This document shows, one piece after another, positions 12,593-27,482 of a DNA stretch of 64,000 bases. The stretch's first letter is position 1; each line of letters opens with the position of its first letter. Under the pieces are notes generated by a model. That model was not told the DNA's origin. It saw only the letters and a program-made list of their open reading frames with translations, and did no database searches. The translations under genes and the position numbers were made by a program. This DNA comes from Saccostrea cucullata (Eukaryota), in the NCBI RefSeq assembly GCF_032062105.1, contig NW_026918900.1:496001-560000 (forward strand). Reading direction: 5' to 3'.

Positions 12593-14156
12593 GTAGATTT
12601 GTTATTTTTATTTATCAAATTTTCAGTTGTTGTGGGTGGATAAAAGTACTTTGGGCAGCAATACTGGATTTTTTTTTTCAATTATACCCGCATATCCTTT
12701 TTCCAGTTTGCGCAAACTATTACGGTGTGGGTGTACCCTTTTTGTTTGTGTTTTTTGATAATGCTTGTTGTTTCTGACATTTTCTGAATTCGCTTTTAAT
12801 CAAACAAAATAAGAAATTTTAAAATGTACCAGTTTTAATTTTCAAATCAGTTTTGAAAATCACTGAAAACTTAAAAAAAATTATTGCTTGAGGTTTTTTT
12901 AAAAGAATCTATACATCCATGCACGATATCGAAAACACATGGTTAAGAATTCTTTGGAATACTGCATGTGTTTGAATTTGAACCAGCTGCTATAGCTTCT
13001 TGTTATTAAGAAAAACATTGTACCCATGTTTGAAGATGTTTGCAAGACCAATAAATGTTAATAAAAATAGGAACAACAACGCGACACTCTTACTAATCTT
13101 GGCCATTAAAAAGTCGCTTTCTTCTTCACAATAAACAATGGCAGTTTTAATTAATAACACTAGATTTATCAGTATTTTCATTACGATAAAACTAATTTAA
13201 TCTACATATATACAAATGTCAATACACGTTATACAAACATTAAAGGTGAATATATGTGTAAAAGGAAAATTCAACAAAACGCAGGGTCACTAAGTGACCA
13301 TAAAGATTCTAAAGCCTAGAGAATTTAAAGTGACAGTCGAAAGTGATTTAAATCACGGCTAGAATAATATATTGTAGATTGTAAAGTGTCGTACTTTAAC
13401 GAGGAAGCTATCTTTACTGATGAGATAGGGGGTGGAGAGAGAGAGAGAGATTGATTTCAAGAGAGAGAAAGAGAGAGGGTGGTGAGAGAGAGAAAAGGGA
13501 ATGAGAGAGAGAGAGGGGGGTGGTGAGAGAGAAGGGGTGAGAGAGAAAAAAGGGTGGAGAGAGGAGAAGCTAGGGGTGGTGAGAGGGAGAGAAAAGAGGG
13601 TGGGATAGAGAGGGGGAAGAGAAGAAAAGCGTGAGAAAGAGAGAGAAGGGGTGGTGTGATAGAGAGCAGAAGGTAGATGCATTTTAAGGGAATAACAAAA
13701 CAAAGTGTCAGTTTTAATTTAGTGCATAAGTTCAAGATAAAGGTTTCTTATCAGAATTTTCTATATTTAATTATGAACTATGACGTCAGCCCTGACATCT
13801 GATAGTTGATGCTGTTAGTTGATTATCTTTGATTTACAAAACCTGTTCATTTCAGCTTTACGGTACATAGCATAAAGAAATCATAAAATCCTCTCCTTTA
13901 GTTCTATTGTCTATACATGTTTTCACATTAAAAGCGTTTTCATACTTCAAGGAGGAAAAATATCAAGATCATGAAAAAAAATAAGTTTTTTATCATTGCA
14001 GTATATTTGATATGACACCTGATTTTACTATCCAGAGATCAAATAGGAGGCCTGTGAAACACTCCCTAGCTATCGATAAACAGGGTTTTAAATACATGGT
14101 GTAACAACATTAAAAAAAGTGTCAAAGAATAATTTTCCACTGTCTTCTCTATTTCT

Positions 14157-14211
<55 letters not shown>

Positions 14212-17200
14212 CCTGTGATAGAGAGAAGAAAGATTTCCTTTGAGAGAGAGAGATTTCCTGTGATAGAGAGAAGAGAGATATTTCCTGTGAGAAAGAGAGA
14301 GAGATTTCCTGTGAGAGAGAGAGAGAAGAGAAAGATTTCCTGTGATTGAGAGAAGAGAGAGATTTCCTGTGAGAAAGAGAGAAGAGAGAGAGATTTCCTG
14401 TGAGAGAGAGAAGAGAGAGATTTCCTGTGAGAGAGAGAAGAGAGAGAGATTTCCTGTGTGAGAGAGAAGAGAGAGAGATTTCCTGTGAGAGAGAGAAGAG
14501 AGAAAGATTTCCTGTGAGAGAGAGAAGAGAGAGAGATTTCCTGTGAGAGAGAAGAGAGGGAGATAGATTTCCTGTGAGAGAGAGGAGAGAGAGAGAGAGA
14601 AGAGAGAGATTTCCTGTGCTATCATTTTTTGGAGGCGGTTTTGAGTTGAACAGGTTAGACTCATTAGTCCTCGCCATTAGTCGTCTATAATTAACGGGAA
14701 TGTTACCCTGTTAGACTGCTGACGTCACTGGTCCCCGTAATCTTATAAACATCAATTAAGAGCACTTTTAGATCTAATTCTGGTCATTCCATTTCGAATT
14801 ATCTGTCTTCGGCTCTATTGATGAATCTTTTCCTTTTTTCAGAGATATATTGATTTTTTTTTTCGTGTATCCAGAGTATGCTGTTAAATGGTCAACCCGG
14901 AATAAGTACTTCATATGAAACTCTTGAATTTCTACAAATTTTAAATGATGGCAAAGCATTTTTAAAGATTTCTTAACAAGAATATGCGCTTGTCAATTTT
15001 TCTAATTGAAAATTAGTTATTGATTGATGCCATCAACATTGTACAGTTAACGATGGCTAATGGAGCAAGAATTATATTTTTCCAATAAATCTAATATGAT
15101 TACTTGTATCATGCCGAATCTGTGTTATTGAACTTTATCTTAAAGTAGCACCAAGTTAAATTTAGCAAGATATTATCTTCTATTATGTAATATATTATTT
15201 TTTGTGTTATATAATTAAGGCATTATTATACTTTAACAGGAAACTATCTTCCCCAAAGTTATTTTCTGAATAAACTAAAAACGATTACCCACATACATGT
15301 AACTGACATATTTTATTTTTCTAGATATAATCAATATTTGTTTTACTATTTTTTAAAGCAATAGAACTCTGTTTAAGGACATGAATGAAACTGTACTTTT
15401 ATTACCAGGAAATAGACCCCCTCTCCACCATGATATAATAAGTCAACATTGTACATAAAATAAAATAGACCCTAAAATATTGACACTTGAAAAAAAGGCA
15501 ACTGTTGTAAAACATTTATAAATTAAATCTTACAATTGCTTTTCCTCGAAAAATGTGAACCCAATATGAAATATTTAATTTTTAGGCTATCTTTAAAATA
15601 TTGTTGATTGTCATCTTCCGACTCATTGTAAAATATTGCGTCAGTAAGTAGGTGATTTTTTTCAGAAAATTTCCACATGTTATAAAAATATCCTTTCCTT
15701 GAGGTTGAAATAAGTTTTGAGTCGGGCCAGTTTTTGGCCAGTCAGTCGGGCGAGGCTATAGCCAAAGAGGGTAAACATTTTTTTTAAAAGAAGACCTTAT
15801 TTAAACCATATACGTGCATGTATAAGATATTTTTAGATGTAGATCAGTTTCAATGATTTATTTTTTAATGTAAATATTTTATTGAAGGTTTGATTAAGAA
15901 GCACCCTGACGATCCCTAAAGCGAGTTACTAATCGACTACGTTAAAAAAAAATTCCTCATAAGTCGACATTAAATGGAGAAGGCGACATAAAATCTAATC
16001 CAAAATCCGTACAATAAACGAAGAAGTGTGTTTAATTATAATTTACTGGAGAAAATATTGATTATTTGGTGAAGTTGAGATCAAATACTCATTTTCTTTC
16101 CAAGTAGTTGTAGGTTGTGCTCAATTATGTTTATACTCATAAACAAAAATGCTGGAAATTTTAAAAATTATTTTCCCCATAAAACTTTTGCTATGATAAT
16201 TTTCCGGCGAAGATTGCAATTCTAAAAGCTACGTGGAATGTTTGATAATTTTTCGAAATCCTCCTCGCGTTAAAAACCATTATTATTAAGAATGTTCTTA
16301 AAGTTTGCTCCAATTTGTTAAACATCCTTCATACCCTAATGAATATCTTGACACGCAACTCTCGCTATCTTAACCATTTCAATAATTGATTGTTCTTTTC
16401 CAAGAAGTTCACTTATTTTCAAACGCTATCTGAATTTTGAGGGGAAAAATGGTGACCGACTTAAAGAAAATTTACCTCACTGTTTTGTAATTAAATAATT
16501 AAAATTCTTTCATTCTTCTCTTAAAATAACTATAAAACAAATTTAACAACCAAAAAATTAAGTTGAATGTATTTCAAGAGCGCAAATTTTCCGCAATGAT
16601 TACGCCCTTAATTTTTTTTTCATTGTACATAATTATTGAATTGTATTAGTTGTATAAATGTAGCTTCTGTTTATAATAAATAATACCCAGTTTATATACT
16701 AGTAAACTGAAACTTTATAAAGTATAAAAGGGTATCATATTTTACTTGTAATAGAAATCGTTAATATCATTCAAAATGTCAAAAGATTTTTTTTACCATT
16801 GCATATTTTATGGACAAATTTTCAGATTTTAATTGTAAATTAAAGGGGGTATAGAAGGGAATAAACTTTTATTAAAAGCAGTTTTATTGTTCTTCAAAAT
16901 GCTTGTATGTAATTATAAAAGTTTTTTTTCCTAATTTCAGATTTTCAAGATGATTTGGAGGAAAAGAACTGTACAGAACGCTCCGTGGAAGAGTTCCCCG
17001 GAAATTTTATGTCTTTCGAGGAAACTCGGGATGGGGGCGTGTTCGCTCATATTCTTATTGTTCTTTACGTATTTGGAGCCTTAGCCATTGTGTGTGACGA
17101 CTACTTTTGTGCTTCTTTAGAAATTATATGTGACGGTGAGTTCATTTAAAAATTTAAAATTAAGCCCATCTTATATAAAATGCTTGTTTGCCCTCTCCTG

Positions 17201-17774
17201 ACCGACCCTCTCTTTTTTAACCCGCAAGAAACGATTTTTTAAAAAAAAAAAAAAATTCTTTTTGCCCAGAATTTTCTCACCTCGTCCACAAGTGAGATAA
17301 AATTTTCTTGAACAAAAATTTCCTCATTTTTTTACCCCGAGTCGGGAGAGGACAAAAAGTCATTCTTTATATTAATGGGTGGCATTATCGTTTTCACGAG
17401 AAATTTTTTCATACTATATAATACACAGACATGCCAGACAAGTTGGTGTAAATTGTATATGTTAGTTTATAAATGTTGCTACATTTTCAGATCTATATAT
17501 CATTGACAAAATAATCGAGCCTATTGGAAATATTTTCATTTTTCAAAAATAAATATTTTGAGACTAGTATTTGACAGCCGACCGTGCGGTATTGATACTA
17601 ATTTTTGGTTCATGTTAAGTCCATAAGTCAACCCCTTCAAGTGCAAGTTACTTAAGTCTAAAGGTCATGCATAAAAATGTAGAAATGTTTCAGAACTTTC
17701 TATATTTTGTTTTTACATTTCAACAATGTTTCAGACTTTCGTTCGTTTAAATCCAGTGTTACCTCGCTGATAAA

Positions 17775-17862
<88 letters not shown>

Positions 17863-20800
17863 AGAACCTACGTACAGAAGTTTTTCTTAAAATTTTAATT
17901 AAATGATTTCATCATCTTAAATGTAATGTTTAAAAAGTTATTCTTACAAGCATAAACTATAATTCGACATTAATATTAATTCGATAATAAAATATCAACT
18001 GATTGACAAGATTGGAGTGAAAAAATTTACATGACTATGTATAATATATAGACAACATTAGCTATCTTTCATTATCAGAGATGTTTTGTATCCGGCCTTC
18101 GTGTGGACTATGGTTAACCAGTCCAGGCGGAGTAATATTGCTTTGTGTCTTTGTGATGTGATAGTGTTGTCTGTTTATTGCGGACTATCATGCTATTCAT
18201 TTCACTATTAAAGAATTCATTGTCATTTCCTTCAGAGCTCAAGTTGTCACTTTATATATCTAATTATCACTTCTATAATTAATGAAAAGGGGTTCGAAAT
18301 CCAGCCAGTTTTACTTAGTCTCGCAGAAAAAAAAAATATAGAAAGAAATTTGAAATTGCATTTTTTGCAATGTTTGTTAATGCAAAGTTTTTTTGTACTA
18401 TTTATAAAAGAACCCCAAAAAAGCACGTGAATAATTCTACAAATGATAAACTATTATAACTGAAAAACGTTAAATTTTTCATTAAATCCTAAAAAGTAAA
18501 TCACAGACACTCAGGTATGTATTTTTCTGTACATTTTGAGATATATTCTACGATAAAAATACCAGGGGAATTTCTGAAACGAGGCAAACTACTTACAAAC
18601 AAGTTGATGAAACAAGCCTAGTTCAAGTCAACACTGCTCACATTTTGAGGTCGATATAATGAGCTTATCTCAGCAAACACAATCGATCAGTAACTTGAAT
18701 GAAAATTATTTTGACTGACGATTTTTCAAACAATTTGTTCAACGATTTAATTACTGTCTGAATTGTCTTTGGATTTTTTTCGTTTTAACCCGAACAAGTC
18801 AAAGGAGCACACCAGTGCACGTAGGGTGTTACCGGTCGACAGGGAATGCTTTCTCCTTCATGGCACCACATCGCCTCATGATAGTTTCAATGGTCCGGTT
18901 TGCTCTTTGCCTAATTATTGTTGCAATGGATTTGTATTATTTCTGATCATACTTGTACACTGTATTTCATCTGGTTTAAATTATTAAACCCAGAAAACGT
19001 GTTTGGATATATGTATTATCGGCGGTATCAATTTATTTAATTTATTATGTGAGTTGTTTTATTTTATCTATTGGATTTTTTAATCACTAAATAAACTGAA
19101 TCTTAGTTACATGTAAAACTGCATGATTCCGAGAATAAAGGCATGTGGGTTTTATCAAAGTTTTTTTTAACGATATAGAGCATTATGTAAACAAATGCAG
19201 GTGAAAGAATAATTTGAACAACATCTATTTTTGAGTTCCTGATTTAAATCTTCAAACACGATCACGTTGTTTCTCATACTTTGATGCATTATATACTCGT
19301 ATAATGAATCATGGTGCAGCAAAAAAGGCGATTTTTTTTCACAAGCAGTGTATCGATAAACCACGGAGTCATAACCGAACAGAGGGTTAATTCCCGGGTT
19401 AACCAAGCCTCTTTCGATGACAGTCTGTAGAAGCAAATTAACGGATTGGGATGACGAGCTGTGAATTATTGTGTGAAAGAGTCTGAACTGACAGATAAAA
19501 TGTATAATTACATTGGTCAGTCATCTTTGAACAGCAAAAACAAGATGTATTCGTGAAAGTATGATGCCCCCGTATGGCAACTTACGGTGAAGGTTAAAGT
19601 TTCTCAAATGCAGGTCAAACTCCAAGGTCAAGGTAAAAGATCAAAATTGTTGGTATCAAGATGAAGATCTTTTCACAAAAAATACACTTGTGAAATATGA
19701 AAGCATTAATACTTATCGTTCCAAAGGTTATGGCCAAGTTTAAAGATTATTGCAAAGTGGATAAAACTCTAAGGTCAAGATCAAGAGGTCAAAATATTTA
19801 TACCAATTGAAAGGTCTTGTCACAATGAATGCGAATTCGAAGTATGAAAGTCCTGGCACCAAGTATTCAAAAGTTATGGCCATGCAAGGTTAAAGTTTGG
19901 TATTTTTTTGTAAAAGTGGGTCAAAGTCCAAGGTCAACGTTGCGAGGTCAAATTTTGTGGTACCCATAGAAAGGTCTTATCACAATGTATACATCTGTAA
20001 AACATGAAAACCATGCCCTCACCGACTCAAAAGTTATGGGCAAGGTTAAAGTTTTTGCAGACAAACAGACAGACAACTAGACAAACAGAAAGACGGGCGG
20101 ACAGGGCAAAAACTATATACCCCCAAATCTTCGATGACGGGGCATAAAAAAATAATACAAGAATATGAAAGGTAGCATAATACATGGGAAACACGTGTTT
20201 GTGAAACACAACGTTCCGGTAGGGCAGCTCATAGTAAAAGTAAAGTTTCTTAATACAAGTGAAACTCCATGGTCAAGATATGAAGAACATATAATGGTAT
20301 CCAAAGAAAGATCTTGTCAGAAGAAAGACACCTATGACTGAAAGCTTTAGCTCCAATTATTCAAATGTTAAGACCAAGTTTCAAGTTTCTTAAAAGATGG
20401 TCGAACCCTAAGGTCTAGGACAAGAAATCAAGATGTCGGTACTCAGAGGAAGGTTCTCTCAAAAGAAATACACATGTAAAATATGAAAGCTCTAGTCCCA
20501 ATTGATTTATTTTGTTGTTTAACGTCCCTCTCGAGAATTTTCACTAATGTGGAGACGCCATCACTTGCCGGTGGAGAGCTGCAAATTTTGTCCTATACCC
20601 GGCACTTATGGCCATAGAGGAGTGAGGGATTTTTTTAGGTGCCAACACCTATTGTGACACGGGACCTCGTTTTAAACGGTCTCATCCGAAGGACCGGTCT
20701 CAAAAAGGAATTCGAACCCGCGACGTATGGATCAACTCCTAACCATGCGACTCTAGAGCAGACGCTCTAACCACTGCGCCACGCGGGCGACTTAAAAAGT

Positions 20801-23800
20801 AGGTTCAATTCCAAAGTCGAGATCAAAGGATCAAACTAATTGCTGCTTTTACAAGAAATACACTGAGAGGTATATTTATAAATGTGCGTGTTTTCCAGGA
20901 CTTCCAGAAAGTCGTTTCTGACTGTATTTTTGTAATGTCTTCGGTTTAGAAGAAAGACGTGTTTACACAAATTATGTAATGTAGCGGAGCTGTTTGCTGA
21001 AGATCTGATCCAGGCTAGCGTTTGAGGATTTTCTCTTAGCTTTTAAATTCAGCAGGTTAATAACTCAGCTGGTGGCTTAAATTCAGAATGAAGACGTCCT
21101 TTGGCCATCATTACACTTGAGTTATTAAATAATGCATACATGTATAAGTTTCTTGTTTTTTAATTGTTTGCAAGTTAATAAAGGAATACGTGTAACAAGC
21201 TAATTCAGAGAATTCGTGTCCTGTATGACTTAAAAGGAAAAGAAGAGAGTTTAAGAACTGTAAAAGTTTTGCAGATGGAGAAAAGCCATAGGTAATTTTG
21301 GTATAATTGTTTTGCAAAAGCCAACAAACTTCTGAGATAATTGTCTCAAAATGAAAATGTTTCACTCAGACAGAATGGCAGGCTGGAGGACCGACGGTCA
21401 GCTAGTTAGTACGAACAGACAGACAGACGGACCCAAATTAAAATCCCCCACTTTCAGTAAAAGCGGGGAACATTAACTCACAGTGGCTTATATTTCTTGC
21501 TTATTGTCATCAAGGCGGTTTATTACGTGAGTAATTATACAGGGATGGGGGTAAAATTAGCTGTAGCACGTAATGTACATGTATGTAACTTTTGGTTTCA
21601 GAGTTGAATCTACAAGAAGATGTCGCAGGTGCTACATTTATGGCGGCTGGCAGCTCAGCTCCAGAATTCTTCACGGCTTTAATAGGTACGTATACATAAT
21701 TAATTAAACCTAATAGTCTGCTGTTCTAAGCTTTAATAAGTATAGCTGCAGAACTGTAGCGTTATGGTTTTATGTATCAGTCTTTGACCATAGTTGGGAC
21801 AAAGACTTATACATAAAACCATAACGCTACAGTTCTGCAGCTATAAAAAGTACGGATGCAAAACTGTTTGCTGTTCACTGCTTTAAAGCCATATATGGCG
21901 TAACTGATCAAAAAGTATGTTTTCGAAAAATACAAAATTAAGTAAAGAAATATAGTAAATACATTTAAATTAAAGCTTTTCATACAATTCTGAACATGGA
22001 GAAAACCTCGTTTCATCTAATAATACGATTTTATCTTCTCTATAATGTGTTATTTAAATCGTTTGTATTTTCTTCCGAGTCGGAGAAAATTCCGAAAATC
22101 TAAATTAAATTGTGATATCTTTATAACGCAATTGACTTAGATTTTGTAATTTACGGAAAAGTTCTATCTTTATATAAAGTAATGATACAAATAATAAGTT
22201 CTTATAATTTTAGTCTAATAATTTTCATTGTACATACGCCATATATGGCTTTAATAGGTACGGATACATACCTGTAACTTTTTGTTCAGTCAAATAAGCT
22301 TTTGAAAAAGATAGCTTAGAATAATACAGTAAAACACAGTTGCTGTGAAGATTTTTTTTTAATTAACGCTTTCGGTAAAGTCGAACAGATACCAAATAGC
22401 CAGTTGACTGAAACAGCCGAGAATCCTACAGTAAAACACAGGTACAACGAATCTCCTGAAAAAGAATTCACCCATTCTGTGAAGTCACACAGGTACATAA
22501 TTAACTAAACCAAATAGAGTGCCGAAAGGGATTAGTTAGAAACATAAAAGTAAATCAGTTACATCAAAGATGCCTGTAAAGAAGTAACCCTTTCAGCGAA
22601 GTCACAGACATATATGTTGCGAGAGGTTGCACAGAATCTTAATTACGCAATGCCATATCAGATTTCTTTGATAATTTAAAAGTGTATTTTATGTCATTCT
22701 TTCAATCAGTCTTTATTTAGCAACACTATACATTGATGACTAATTTTAGTATCGATTAAACGTCGGATAGAGCTATTACTATTTTATCTTAATAAAAAAA
22801 TCACAAATATGACAAGAAATTGCAATAATAATTTAGGATTGTTTACATTTAACATATTTTTTCATCGTCTATCTTAAAAATTGCCCTTTTATATTAATTT
22901 TTCATGGATCTGATTTGTTCAATCGTAAATAGATTCCCCCTCATCAATTTTCATTTCATACTAAATTCTTACTTTTGTAAATTGGTTTAGATAGAACTCG
23001 GCTAAGTTCTAATCGATACATGTAAGACAAACCTCTTCCTTCTCTAAAGTTCGAACTTTTACAAGATAGATTTTTCCCCAGACATCAATATTTTGTTCTA
23101 TATATAGTTTCCATTAGCACTTCCTTTTCTATCCCTCGCCATGTAAGTGCATCAGGATAAATGTCCCAGGCTGTTATTGGTGCCTCTGTCCTTTGATTAT
23201 CAGGCTGAACTATATAGGGGGAAAAATTACATGCATATTTAGAATTTAGAACGGTTTTTATCAGATTAGTTGACAAAAGCGATAAAACCTGCTGTTAAAT
23301 CTAGGCTCTGACTATTATGTGTAAGTGAAATATTATTACAAAACCATAAAACGAACATCTGTTATCCCAGACACTCTTTTTTTATTTTTAGACCGTGTTC
23401 TACACCATATGTTTGTATTCAATATTTTTTAAAATATAAATGTAATATCTATGTTTAAGACATGTAGAAAAAATTATCATCTTACACATCCTTAAAAAAT
23501 AAACCTGGTAATACGCAATCGTAAAAATAATATTTTCACAATTATGGATTCAATACTTAATAATTTATTAGGTGCTATGGCAATAATTATTTAGTAAATA
23601 AATGCATTTTGCATTTTATAGTATTTTATAGTATAACTCTACTTTCAATATTCGATTTAATTTTCTAGATTTATTTAGCATAGATTTAAATGAAAGAAAA
23701 ACAAGAAGTAGATCAAAGGCACGGGATGCACATGTACCTCTGATGTTCAGTTAACTGAATGGTCACTGAAAGGTTTGAATAGATGACTGAATGGCATGCT

Positions 23801-26800
23801 GCTCAGTAACATTTCAGTTATCTTTCAGTCACCTTTTCATAAAATTTCAGTCATATTTCAGTTATCTAAATGGCAAAGTTTCATCCTATGAGCGAAGATT
23901 AATTCATTTTGCTGCTGTCAGTTCTTCAAACTTTTTTTTATTTTACAAGGTGTCTTTATCGCCGAGAGTGACGTGGGGGTAGGGACAATTGTTGGATCAG
24001 CCGTCTTCAACATCCTATTTATTATAGGAGTTTGTGGACTCTTTGCAGGAATGGTGAGTACTCCTTCCGTGATTTCATGTGCGCAAAAGTGAAAATTTTA
24101 TACAGTTTTTGCATGTATTATAAAAGTGTTATTTTTTGTCTTCAGCTAATGCGAAAAATTCGCATGAAATTCAAATTGTGCTTGAATAACTAACCTTTTC
24201 CTGTTAATAATGTAAATGCAAACAAAGGGAATTACATAAATTGACGTTTGCTTAAAATTTATTCTAAAACTTGTAGTTAAAAGGAATTGGTATTATAAAT
24301 ATGAAAGTTAACAATCTAGATGAAAACAGCGAATTAGTCCAAAGAATGTCCTCATTAACTTGAAGACACAAAAGCAACGCAACTTTGTTTTATACCTAAG
24401 GTGCATATTATTTATGATTTCACATATTTTTTCTATTCACAATTATGTTTGAGGCAACAAAAACATTACAAATATTAATGTGAATTTAGACCATTGAACT
24501 TTAAAAGTGCTTTTAAAAAGCTGTTTCCCATTTCCCTTCGTATTCTTTTTGAAGTTCATTAATATTCAAGCTTGTTTGCATACATTACTTACTATCCACG
24601 TTTCAACAAAGATACTTTCAATCTTTTCGAGCTATTCTTCTGTTACATGTATAAACTAACCCAATTCTTTATTTGTCTGGTTTTTACATGTTGCTTGATA
24701 GCTGCAGATCTGTAGCTCTCCGAAAAAAATATATTGATAGACCGGAGAGCTACAGTGCCACCCATTGAAAAAACTGTATATTTATTGCGCACAAAAAAGT
24801 GCGCTCGGTTCTCGATTTATTTCTCCATGTTTTTAAAACTGTAATCTCAAAATATTACTAACCGTGTGTTCCTAACATATTCTTTCGCTGTTTCCACAAC
24901 CAAACATTCCTCATAATTGTTGTTAATAGTCCTCCTGACCCTGATATTGTAATCATCAAACATTTCGCTTATTTATACTGCCATTTTGGTTTCAAAGATA
25001 ATTCGGTCCAATATGCTTCGTTCGGATGTCAACTACGAGAGTACTTGATAGAAGATAAAGGAATTTTTTGAAATCTTTCCTTATTTGCAATTTAGGTAAG
25101 AATTTGGAAGAATTAATTAAGAACCGAGCGCACTTTTTTGTGCGCAATAAATATACAGTTTTTTCAATGGGTGGCACTGTAGCTCTCCGGTCTATCAATA
25201 TATTTTTTTCGGAGAGCTACAGATCTGCAGCTAGTTGCTTGACAAATTGAATGTTCAATGAATTGTGTAAATTCTGCCCAACTTTAATATCCATATATTC
25301 AATTGTATTGCTTTAGTAGGTCAGTATCATCTTAAGGTTTGCCAAAGTTATTCTCAGGTCAATTTCATGATACTGAAGTAAATCAGTTTGAAGTAGTCGA
25401 GCGCTAATTTGAAGAAAGTTAGGACTATAGCGAAGAGGTTCAGTTTTGTTCTAAAGCAGCTTAGGGCTATTCGGAACAAAAGTTCCATTTTGTAGTAAGT
25501 CAGTGCTATTCTGAATTAATTTAGTACTTTCTTGAAGGAAGAAAATACTTTTTTGATGGGTAGGTCATTACTATTCTGATGAAAATCAAGGTACTTTGAA
25601 ATAGTAATACTAGTAAGTCAAACAACTCTGAAGTACGTCAGTACTATATTAAAGTAGGTCACTGTTTATAAATAAACACAACAAAATAATCACGATATCA
25701 GTTTAGTATTTACTCTTTCTATTACATAGGTTGATGTCAGGTAATGAGCATACCTTTAAGTGTGCACTGCTGAACAATATTTGTGAAATATTAAACCCAG
25801 GTAGATAAGAAAACTCCTCCGTCGCCAAAAAAAGTCCTATCACAAAACAATAAAATGAGCATTTCATAACTACTATTGTCTCTACATGTATGATAAACTT
25901 GATAGCAAGAACATTTCATTGAGTCGCATTTTGGTTGGCTTGTTTGACCGATTGTATAGGCCTTTGCTTTTTATACTGAATTTGACTACGGAATGATCCG
26001 TTTGCCTGATCAATACAAATTAATGTCATATGCAACGTAGTTTGAACTTCATGGGCTCTTCCCTGGAGTTGAAGAGTTCCACTAAAAGAAGGGCCTGTGT
26101 GCAATACTTTTAATGTCTATATATGGATTTGTACACCTCTTCTTAAACAAATCTGATGGAAAAAAAAATTGGAATTTATATGTTATATTTTTTATATATT
26201 TTTCTTTAAATAATGAATTTTTTTTCATAATCTAATATCTTCCAAAAAACCCTGGTTATGCAGGCTGATTTTTTGTCTATGAACATCTGATGGCACTCTT
26301 ATCTTAAATTAAGAATATCTTGAAAAATTATCAGTAGATAAGGTACGTTGCGTATGTCCTTAAGACCCCTCGTGAGGGGATGCTTGCTCATCCTAAGCAC
26401 CTGATCCCACCTCTGGAATTTCCATTGGTGCGCATTTGTGTCTTTTCCCCAATTTTGCATATATTTTTTCAAGATTTTTGAGATCGGAAACTCTTCCATT
26501 AATATTTTCCCCTTTTCATAATTACAGTACAGAGAAGCTAAAATGACCTACAGTGGAGGTCGATTAGTTGGTAATATGTACCGCTAGATCTCCAGTACAG
26601 AGGATAATTAAATTACATTCCAAGTATTTGTTTGTCAATAGATATGCAGCAATCTAATTATTTGATATCAATGTAGTCCCTTGTCTTGGTTTTCTTCTAT
26701 ATCGGTTACATGACACGTGTTTCTTGCTCACGTGGCCGAAGATTCCCGCTGGTTTCCCTGTCGTTTGCTGACTTCTCCTGATTTTGATTTCTCGTGTTTT

Positions 26801-27030
26801 TGACTGCTCTTGTTTTTGACTTCACTTGTTTTTGACTTCCGTTGAAAATTTCTATTTTCAGCAACCAGTGACGTTACTGTTCACACAGAGTTATGATATA
26901 AGATTTCTACAGGACTTTAAGATATATCATCTAAAATGTAAAGTGCACTTCCACAGTATGCTAAATTGATCCAAGTTTTTATGATTAAATATATTGCATT
27001 GTCTACACACCCTTGGAGGCAGGGGACAGT

Positions 27031-27070
<40 letters not shown>

Positions 27071-27171
27071 CTGTTTTCGTCCGTCGTCGTCCGTCGTACG
27101 TCGTTCGTCGTTCGTCGTCAATCGGTCGTAAACTTTTGAACATTTTCAGCTTCTTCTCTGCAACCACTGAA

Positions 27172-27202
<31 letters not shown>

Positions 27203-27440
27203 TATGGGTGAAGGGGAACAAAAATTATGAATTTCATGATTCCTGCCCCCCTGGGGCCTGAGGGGTGGGGCCAAAACCACTAAAATTAATGCAATCTTTA
27301 AAAATCTTCTTCTTTACTCCTGGACATCAAGCAGTCAAACTGTTTGCATGATTGTAATCAGCATTGAGTCCTTTACCAAAATTGTGAAATTCATGGCCCT
27401 GGGGTCAGGGGTACTTGTGCTAGGACGGGGCTAAAAAAGT

Positions 27441-27482
<42 letters not shown>

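Noticed and set aside
12274-12777. ORF-track start at 12274 and extension to 12777
   Set aside because: 12274 is TTG; the first in-frame ATG is 12301. Sequence after the donor at 12593 is T-rich intron.
13359-14677. Ser/Leu- and Glu/Arg-rich ORFs (also 17707-17898)
   Set aside because: Translations of GA/TC micro- and minisatellites.
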